Source: a virus. From it: a stretch of DNA of 15,053 bases. The DNA lies in IMG/VR virus record IMGVR_UViG_3300032053_000003, positions 222,392-237,444 of that record. One strand, written 5' to 3'. This document shows positions 7,310-13,118 of the stretch, piece after piece. The notes beneath the pieces are model-generated. The model did not search any database. It was not told the origin of the DNA and saw nothing but the letters and a program-made list of their open reading frames with translations. Each line of letters begins with the position of its first letter. Position 1 is the stretch's first letter. The translations under genes and the position numbers were made by a program.

Positions 7310-7576
7310 ATGGAAGTTAATTTGTCTAATGGGAGGACATATCTACGAAGCCAACTTTCCATGACCTTATTCGAGAGGATTCTCAACGATCAGGGTCTCC
7401 CAGTAAACTTTGATTTGTCTGTCTATGGTGTTGTCAAGCCTCATTCAGTCAGGCTGATTGAGAAGAGGTTTGGGAGATGGTTGAGGTATCATCAGCCTTC
7501 TATGTTTGAGGAGCAATACCGAGTATGGGCCAGAGGGAGGGAACAGGTTTTGAGGGAGGCTTCTGATGGATCTTGA
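7310..7576 (+). CDS. hypothetical protein (possibly translated from a leaderless mRNA)
   Basis: 88-aa ORF. No SD. A promoter-like element lies immediately upstream. Its stop overlaps the start of the next gene (ATGGATCTTGA). Confidence 0.45.
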   Translation: MEVNLSNGRTYLRSQLSMTLFERILNDQGLPVNFDLSVYGVVKPHSVRLIEKRFGRWLRYHQPSMFEEQYRVWARGREQVLREASDGS

Positions 7577-7886
7577 AAAAGGTCAGGTGATCATTGATTT
7601 TGATTTTCAGACCAACAGCTCTTTTATGAACACCCTGGAGTTCCTGTCTGTGGTAGCCCTCAAAGAAGCCTTTGATCAGTTAGTAGCTTATGGTGACATA
7701 ATAGCAGCAGTTATTGAGGTGAAGAAGGTTAAGCCGTTGTGGGTAGTAGTGAGGAGGACTTTACCTGATCCTCCACATGCTTCTCTTTCCCAGATGGCTC
7801 TGGAGGCTAAGATTAATTTAAGGGCAAGACAGTATCTGAATGATGATACTATAATCATATCTTTTATTCATGAGGATCTTCCCTAG
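7566..7886 (+). CDS. hypothetical protein
   Basis: 106 aa. Overlaps the upstream gene by 11 nt. Last gene of the rightward block before the strand switch. Confidence 0.45.
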   Translation: MDLEKGQVIIDFDFQTNSSFMNTLEFLSVVALKEAFDQLVAYGDIIAAVIEVKKVKPLWVVVRRTLPDPPHASLSQMALEAKINLRARQYLNDDTIIISFIHEDLP

Positions 7887-7920
7887 AGGCCAAGCACTCA
7901 ATTCATAAATGCTCTAACTT

Positions 7921-8121
7921 TTATTTAGCATCCTTTACAGTGAGGTCTCGTCTTACAACAAATTTCTTACACTTGGGACATTTATACTTACCTGCTCCAC
8001 CCCACGACCATGTTGAAATCGAGTGTGTGAAGCCACAGGTGCATTTGACTCTATAGAATGACTTTCCATATGCCTGGGGTGTATAGGATAGGATGACAGC
8101 CTTCTCAGTACTCATTATCAT
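7921..8121 (-). CDS. small zinc-ribbon protein (CxC ... CxxC)
   Basis: 66 aa. VKCTCGFTHS ... YKCPKCKKF. Last gene of the leftward operon. Confidence 0.5.
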   Translation of the reverse strand: MIMSTEKAVILSYTPQAYGKSFYRVKCTCGFTHSISTWSWGGAGKYKCPKCKKFVVRRDLTVKDAK

Positions 8122-8521
8122 TTCCTTCTGGGAAAGCTTCTTTAAAGCAGAACATATGATAGTCTGTCAGACCGGATATCTCAATCAGGTGCTTGTCTTT
8201 TGCACACTTAGTAGCAGGATAGCCACTTCCAAAGTCATGGCAGAATCCAAGGTCTGTGTTTATTGGAGATAGTGACCATACCCATGCACCTGCATCTTTG
8301 TAAGCTCTGATAGCTGATTGATCTCTGGAGATCTTTGCATTGTAGATACCTCCAGGGAAGGGTTGTTTAAAGCACTCCTCATAAAGCCTAGCTAATTTCT
8401 GGGCTAGATGAGTATTAGGGTTAGGTCTTCTTAGAAGAGCCCTGATGGGTTTTCTATTAAAGGGCATGAAGCATTTGTGGAAGCCTCCTACCCCTTCTTT
8501 GTCACATCTTCTACAATACAT
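8105..8521 (-). CDS. hypothetical protein with N-terminal Cys/His knuckle (CRRCDKEGVGGFHKC)
   Basis: 138 aa, ATG start. No recognisable domain. Confidence 0.5.
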   Translation of the reverse strand: MYCRRCDKEGVGGFHKCFMPFNRKPIRALLRRPNPNTHLAQKLARLYEECFKQPFPGGIYNAKISRDQSAIRAYKDAGAWVWSLSPINTDLGFCHDFGSGYPATKCAKDKHLIEISGLTDYHMFCFKEAFPEGNDNEY

Positions 8522-8527
8522 CGTTGA

Positions 8528-9025
8528 TCATTTACCCCTGAGACATATTTGACATACCTCGTTTATGTGGCATGTGGGTTTATCGGGATCTTCTTCACAT
8601 GACTGAGGTTCCCGTTCCTGCTCTATAATATCGACATGTTGTAATTCGCCAGTTTCTATTACATTTACTCCTAGCCATCTTTTATTAGGATTGGGATCAT
8701 GAACAACAAAACCTTCTTCGTCTATGATTACGCTATGGCCTGATTCTTCAAAGGTTCTACTTGGCACTGAGGCCAGAAAAAAACCATTGATGCTTTTATA
8801 ATTACGATCTTCTTTCTTGCTGTGTCGAGGACCCATTGAGGTTCCATAAAAATCATACCCAATACCCAAGAGAAAATGTCGGTATGGTTTAAACCATTTA
8901 CCTTCACTGCCAAACAATTTGAAATGAGGCACTTGCTCCAGCTGCAGATCAAATAGAGATGCAATGCAAGCCCTTTGGCAATCGCCTTTTCCTTTTTCAA
9001 CAATGCTCTGAAATATGGGTTTCAC
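8528..9025 (-). CDS. putative papain-like (C39-like) cysteine peptidase with C-terminal Cys4 cluster
   Basis: GTG start 5 nt after SD aggagag. GDCQRACIASLF (candidate nucleophile Cys at the N-cap of a helix) ... ESGHSVIIDEEGFVVHDPNPN (His followed by Asp/Asn) has the Cys ... His ... Asp/Asn order of papain-fold peptidases. C-terminus CEEDPDKPTCHINEVCQIC. The peptidase call is tentative. Confidence 0.45.
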   Translation of the reverse strand: MKPIFQSIVEKGKGDCQRACIASLFDLQLEQVPHFKLFGSEGKWFKPYRHFLLGIGYDFYGTSMGPRHSKKEDRNYKSINGFFLASVPSRTFEESGHSVIIDEEGFVVHDPNPNKRWLGVNVIETGELQHVDIIEQEREPQSCEEDPDKPTCHINEVCQICLRGK

Positions 9026-9026
9026 T

Positions 9027-9212
9027 TTACTCTCCTACTCCATTCTTAGTCTTTTTGTCTTCTCTCCACTCTTTCAAAAATTCTGTACAGAGGTCAGCAC
9101 AATCAGAGCATATACTTACATCAGGACCCATAATAAAGAATTCAGCCTCTTCATAGTACTGTCCACAGAAAGAGCAATAGTGAGTAGGCAATCCCTGATC
9201 AGCAATGTTCAC
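9027..9212 (-). CDS. stand-alone ClpX-type C4 zinc-binding domain (zf-C4_ClpX) protein, 61 aa
   Basis: HYCSFCGQYYEEAEFFIMGPDVSICSDCADLCTEFLKEW aligns with E. coli ClpX residues ~13-50, [39 protein letters not shown]. Matches are YCSFCG, GP.V.IC..C.DLC and all four Zn Cys. GTG start overlaps the upstream TGA (GTGA). Confidence 0.8.
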   Translation of the reverse strand: MNIADQGLPTHYCSFCGQYYEEAEFFIMGPDVSICSDCADLCTEFLKEWREDKKTKNGVGE

Positions 9213-9463
9213 TTTTTCCCATTACTTGGTTTCTTTCTTATTGGACAATAATCTTTTTTAGCAGGGTCATCTGAGCAGATGCCCAAATACTCGCAGTCAC
9301 ACATTCGTTGACGAGCCGATAAAGATTCATGTTCGGTCAGTCGATTGTCAAGCTCAAAGATAACGTCAATAAAAGATTTTTCAAAATCGTTTAGTGTCCT
9401 CCCAAGGTTAACATAATCAATTAATTTCCTTAGTTTGTTTACCTTCATACTACAATCTTTCAT
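9209..9463 (-). CDS. hypothetical Cys-cluster protein (track ORF starts at TTG 9484; first ATG is at 9463, second at 9448)
   Basis: C-terminus CDCEYLGICSDDPAKKDYCP. The N-terminal region holds a tandem 15-nt duplication that creates two SD+ATG units (MKDCS-MKDCS). Confidence 0.5.
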   Translation of the reverse strand: MKDCSMKVNKLRKLIDYVNLGRTLNDFEKSFIDVIFELDNRLTEHESLSARQRMCDCEYLGICSDDPAKKDYCPIRKKPSNGKK

Positions 9464-9480
9464 ACTACAATCCTTTTCTC

Positions 9481-9768
9481 TCAATGTCTACCTCTGGAGT
9501 TCCAGGTCTTGATAGCTTCATCAGGATTGAGACCACTTGCCATGACCAAAAAATATGGATAGTGGTCTGGGTTTGTACACCTAATAGTCCAGTAACCCTT
9601 GAGGGAATCCTCTAGTACGAGTTGATCTTTTTTGCCACAGACAATACACTCTTTGGTATTCTGAGTGATGCCATAGGCTATGGGCATATCATGGTAATCA
9701 ATTGCTGACAGGGGAGCAACAAGGATCAAGAGAAGGGTTATAACAATAATGTTATATTTGAGATGCAT
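9481..9768 (-). CDS. Lar-family (restriction-alleviation-like) zinc-ribbon domain protein with N-terminal signal peptide / membrane anchor
   Basis: SD aaggagctaagATG. N-terminus NIIVITLLLILVAPLSA. C-terminal domain KECIVCGKKDQ ... GYWTIRCTNPDH ... EAIKTWNSR fits the Lar_restr_allev pattern (CPFCG ... GY.v.C..C ... EAI.aWN.R). Confidence 0.6.
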   Translation of the reverse strand: MHLKYNIIVITLLLILVAPLSAIDYHDMPIAYGITQNTKECIVCGKKDQLVLEDSLKGYWTIRCTNPDHYPYFLVMASGLNPDEAIKTWNSRGRH

Positions 9769-9769
9769 C

Positions 9770-10039
9770 TTAGCTCCTTATTTTACCATATCTGGATTTG
9801 AGAACCTTGCATTTGTTGTCTTTTATAGAGATATAGAGGATTAATCCGTGATGTTCTATATCTCCTGGGGCTATTTTGAAATCACAGAGGGTGAGTTCCC
9901 CAAAGCTCTTATCAATCGATTTACGAATATCTGTTTCGTTCAGGATTAATACAGTACTTATTTCCATCATTTTAAGTCCTTTGTGGTGTTGATATTTGAG
10001 GAACAGATATACCCACCCAACAATCCCACTAGGCACCAA
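9770..10039 (-). CDS. hypothetical small protein (start uncertain: TTG 10039 or ATGATG at 9970 with SD aaagga)
   Basis: ORF track only. The likely 66-aa form is MMEISTVLILNETDIRK.... No recognisable domain. Confidence 0.45.
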   Translation of the reverse strand: MVPSGIVGWVYLFLKYQHHKGLKMMEISTVLILNETDIRKSIDKSFGELTLCDFKIAPGDIEHHGLILYISIKDNKCKVLKSRYGKIRS

Positions 10040-10066
10040 TCCTCAGGATCTCCATTCCTCCTAACT

Positions 10067-10744
10067 CTAATCTGCCTTTATTGGATTTTTTAGATCCTTT
10101 GTCTGTGCTATTATATGCAAAATCCGCAATTCAAGATCGGCATGATCAGGAGCCTTTATTATACCACGTCCAATCAAATTAGGATGATAATGCTGAGCAA
10201 CCTCTCCCTTCATTTCATGTCTAGTTCCAAATAAATGTCTACAATTAGAAACATTTGTTGATTGTCCACAGATCATAGTTATTGCTTCTACTTTCTCCCA
10301 GGATTGAAGTTCCTTTGGAAGTTCGTATGCAAATATATCTCCCTGTCTTTTACTGCCTTCCATTCCAAAGGCTCTTTCACATGATGCTATTACATCAGGT
10401 TTTATTTCTTCATAAAAATTTCCCTTCTGCCATACTCTAAACCATTCCCACTTCACTAGTTCTACCAAAAAGGGCATTTCATCAGTCCCTCCAAACCAGG
10501 CATCGTATTGATCGTCCCCATTGTTTGCATTTTGTGTATATTCTACATTATTCAAGTACAAAAATTGGCTAAAATCATCATTGAGTTGGAGTATTCTTGC
10601 TTTCTTGTCAACAGGTAATACTATAAGTTCCTTATCTCTTACAGGAGTTTTTACCTTATCATTATATTCAATGATAGCTTGACCTGCCTTTTTTAACGGT
10701 CCAGATGATTTCTTATAATAAAGTTCAGGATATTGCTTATTCAT
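10067..10744 (-). CDS. hypothetical protein, 225 aa (largest in the leftward operon)
   Basis: SD aaaggagaaatatATG. Several conserved-looking segments (WFGGTDEMPF, KRQGDIFAYELP, ICGQSTNVSNCRHLFGTRHEMKGE). No family recognised. Confidence 0.6.
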   Translation of the reverse strand: MNKQYPELYYKKSSGPLKKAGQAIIEYNDKVKTPVRDKELIVLPVDKKARILQLNDDFSQFLYLNNVEYTQNANNGDDQYDAWFGGTDEMPFLVELVKWEWFRVWQKGNFYEEIKPDVIASCERAFGMEGSKRQGDIFAYELPKELQSWEKVEAITMICGQSTNVSNCRHLFGTRHEMKGEVAQHYHPNLIGRGIIKAPDHADLELRILHIIAQTKDLKNPIKAD

Positions 10745-10773
10745 ATATTTCTCCTTTACTTCCTAAGAATACA

Positions 10774-10795
10774 GGGGGACCCCGAAGAGTCTCCC
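10774..10795 (-). other. stable RNA hairpin with UUCG tetraloop in the intercistronic spacer of the leftward transcript
   Basis: Minus-strand RNA 5'-GGG A GACUC UUCG GGGUC CCC-3'. Eight base pairs including one G.U, an A bulge and a C(UUCG)G loop. It sits between the stop of the Gly-rich gene (10802) and the SD of gene 10744. Confidence 0.45.
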
Positions 10796-10801
10796 ATTGG
10801 C

Positions 10802-11125
10802 TTAATTCTTTTTAAGCTTCTTGTATACAAAGTTGGCACCTAATCCCACAACTACCATACCGAGGATAGCCCACCCTACAACAGGTATAGATCCAGAAAG
10901 TACAAGAGAGGTTACTCCTCCTGCCATACCTGTACCACCTGCTGCCATAGAGCCACCTCCAGCTGCTGCCAAAGCTGTAGTGGTTGTCACCGCACTAGCC
11001 CCAGCACCACCAAGGGCAGTCACTGTGGCTGCATGAGCAATGGAAACCCCCACACAAGCCCCACCAGCCAAACCTATTCCTGCTCCTGCTGTTGTAACAG
11101 CTACTTCGTCATTAGGCATATTCAT
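10802..11125 (-). CDS. Gly/Ala-rich small membrane protein with glycine-zipper-like repeats and a C-terminal TM helix
   Basis: SD gaagggag. The ATG overlaps the TGA of the upstream peptide gene (ATGA). AGAGIGLAGGACVGVSIAHAATVTALGGAGASAV...GGGSMAAGGTGMAGGVTSLVLSGSIPVVGWAILGMVVVGLGANFVYKKLKKN. Local GC is well above the window background. The + strand shadow ORF 10821-11036 is a by-product of this composition. Confidence 0.55.
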   Translation of the reverse strand: MNMPNDEVAVTTAGAGIGLAGGACVGVSIAHAATVTALGGAGASAVTTTTALAAAGGGSMAAGGTGMAGGVTSLVLSGSIPVVGWAILGMVVVGLGANFVYKKLKKN

Positions 11126-11241
11126 TTTGCTACTCCCTTCAAGACTGTGAGGATGACCCTTACGTCTCTTCCACCAATACCAAGGACTGCTGTGGTTATA
11201 GGGATAGCAAATAATGTAGTAAGCACCTTCTTAAATTTGGA
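11122..11241 (-). CDS. 40-aa hydrophobic peptide, translationally coupled to the Gly-rich membrane protein (track ORF 11122-11310 is over-extended)
   Basis: Strong SD caggaggtaacagtcATG at 11241. MSKFKKVLTTLFAIPITTAVLGIGGRDVRVILTVLKGVAK. First gene of the leftward operon. Confidence 0.5.
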   Translation of the reverse strand, partial: SKFKKVLTTLFAIPITTAVLGIGGRDVRVILTVLKGVAK

Positions 11242-11744
11242 CATGACTGTTACCTCCTGAAACGATATTTTCCAAAAGGGTAGCCATATATAAGTACCTC
11301 TGTCAACCATAAAATGAGAATATCTTAATTAATATCAGTTACTTACTTTCATATTTTGAACGAGCCTCTTTCCACATCTATTAAAATTAGCTCAAAATAG
11401 TAGACCTCGACAGTAGCCCATAGGGAAGACCTTAAGCCTGATAGGGATGGATTGCAAGTAGAAAATGTTAATCATACCTTAGATTGCTACGTTTAAGGGG
11501 GTAGTGTTTCTAGCTAACTTTTGACTAACTTAGCTTGGAAGGTTAGAAGGTGATCTAAGTTGTGTAAAAGAGGCAAGTAGAATCTAGTGTGAAACCTAAT
11601 TTGATTTTTCAAAAAGTTCATCACCCCTTATTATACTGGTATGATAAATATCACATACCATTTTGCTGTAACAAATTGATTTTAAAATTAGTTCTTGTCT
11701 TTATCTATAATGCTGAAATACAATCTTAGGTAGATACATAATAT
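11242..11744. promoter_or_regulatory. ~500-bp non-coding divergent control region between the leftward and rightward operons
   Basis: No ORF longer than 60 aa with an SD. AT-rich flanks. Contains a TATAAT box at 11706-11711 (about 35 nt before start 11745), the direct repeat ctaactt-ttga-ctaactt (11513-11530) containing TTGACT, and two copies of gcaagtagaa (11455 and 11574). Confidence 0.4.
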
Positions 11745-13118
11745 GTGGTGTTTGATCTCGGTTTTCTTAATAGATGGGGTTTTAAATTGAAGAAGCAACC
11801 AGAGAAGATGAAGACTAGTAGGGAATGTGACTATGCTTCAATCATAAGAAAGGGGAAGGGCAGGTACAAGTACGATTTCAAAGCATTGGAATACAAGGTT
11901 CAACAAAGTTACGAAAGATTCCTACAGAACCAGAAGGACTCAGAGAGTTTTCAGCAGCTATATGAGAGTGTGTTCGTTATAGCCCATGGGGTGTTAGAAA
12001 CTACCCAGCAGTGGGTTAAGAGAGAAGGACTCATAAGTGCAGATGTGGCTCACGAGTATGCAACTGGACTGATAGAGAGGATTTTGGAAGGTAGATGGAG
12101 AGCCAAGCTCAATGCAGGAGAAGACAAGTTTGGATGGGTGCCCTATATCCGATTAAATATCAGAAATACGATTCACACAAAGTTCTCTACTCAAAACCCA
12201 GAAAGGTATATTTCGTTAGACGATCTGAAAGAGATTACAAAGGAACACAGTACCGATCCTGAGGATAGCAATTATCTATTACATCCTGCCCTGATAGATG
12301 CTGAGGCTTTCCACTTTACTGAGGTGGAAACGAACAACAATCAGCTTGCTTCCCAGTGTTCAAAGTACCTAAAGCTTTTGTTCACTGAGGAACGGTACTA
12401 TTTACTCACTTCCAAGCTCCTTTCTCTCAAGGCAGAGAGCTACAATAACATACAGGATCTTGATCTACAGCTGTTTGTAAAGACTTCACTGGTGCTATTC
12501 AAACGTCTTTATGAATCCTACAATCTAAGCCAGATCAGCAGCACTAGGGTAGACAAGGTGTTTAATAGTTCTCTGTACCTTGCCTCTATCCTGTCTTCAG
12601 ATAGGGATAAGAGGTTATATGTTTCATTGGATCTGGCTAATTTATATCGGTTAGCTCTTGCTTATGGGGGTGAGACTCTGAGGGTCCCTACTTTGGAAGA
12701 GCTGGAGGAGTTGGTTAGTACAGCCAAGGTCAGTTATGAGATCCTATCTTCAAATCTCGATGACCTCAATAAAATCAGAAGAATCAGGGATAAGGTCAGG
12801 GATGACTACGATGTCTTTGTACGGTTTGATAAACTTGCAGACAATGTAAAGGGGGTTTTCAGGTATCTGTCTACTGAGATAACAGATCCTTCAACTACGG
12901 AAACCTCATTGGTTGATTCACTTCTTACATTGTCAACTAGGTCGGACCAGATCATCAATAAGATACTGGATAAGATGGAGAATACTATCAATACGGTTGA
13001 AGATAGTGACGAGCTTATCAAAGTATACAAGGAAATGGTGGAGAATCTTAATTTATCACTCAATCTTATGACTAATATTAAGAACCTGATGGAAGCTAAG
13101 TTTAAAGAAGTTAAGTAG
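11745..13118 (+). CDS. large protein with weak sigma-factor-like region 2 and region 4 motifs (candidate phage transcription factor); start is GTG 11745 or ATG 11806
   Basis: DVAHEYATGLIERI...KFGWVPYIRLNIRNTIHTKF is comparable to sigma70 region 2 (DLIQEGNIGLMKAV...KFSTYATWWIRQAITRAI). LYRLALAYGGETLRVPTLEELEEL...KIRRIRDKV is comparable to region 4.2 (LRLRFGLDDGRPRTLEEIG...RIRQIEAKALRKLR). First gene after the long control region. The sigma assignment is weak. Confidence 0.55.
   Translation: MVFDLGFLNRWGFKLKKQPEKMKTSRECDYASIIRKGKGRYKYDFKALEYKVQQSYERFLQNQKDSESFQQLYESVFVIAHGVLETTQQWVKREGLISADVAHEYATGLIERILEGRWRAKLNAGEDKFGWVPYIRLNIRNTIHTKFSTQNPERYISLDDLKEITKEHSTDPEDSNYLLHPALIDAEAFHFTEVETNNNQLASQCSKYLKLLFTEERYYLLTSKLLSLKAESYNNIQDLDLQLFVKTSLVLFKRLYESYNLSQISSTRVDKVFNSSLYLASILSSDRDKRLYVSLDLANLYRLALAYGGETLRVPTLEELEELVSTAKVSYEILSSNLDDLNKIRRIRDKVRDDYDVFVRFDKLADNVKGVFRYLSTEITDPSTTETSLVDSLLTLSTRSDQIINKILDKMENTINTVEDSDELIKVYKEMVENLNLSLNLMTNIKNLMEAKFKEVK

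Noticed and set aside
7887-7920. Bidirectional terminator between convergent genes 7566-7886 and 7921-8121
   Set aside because: Only a 5-bp stem (atgct/agcat) with a 14-nt loop is present. That is too weak to call.
10802-11241. Calling the Gly-rich protein and small peptide the holin/antiholin of the lysis cassette
   Set aside because: The pair lies about 8 kb from the endolysin, on the other strand, at the head of an apparent early operon. The composition fits glycine-zipper or bacteriocin-like proteins better than known holin classes. It is kept as an open membrane-protein finding.
10821-11260. Plus-strand Pro/Ala-rich ORFs (10821-11036, 11033-11260) as real genes
   Set aside because: They are shadows of the GC-rich Gly/Ala-coding minus strand. 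They lack an SD. They are antisense to an operon that has proper SDs and ATGA coupling.
11242-11744. tRNA, tmRNA or CRISPR array in the long intergenic region
   Set aside because: There is no GTTCRANYC T-loop motif and no cloverleaf-compatible inverted repeats. There are no regularly spaced direct repeats. The 10-mer gcaagtagaa occurring twice is within chance expectation (~0.1) for this length.
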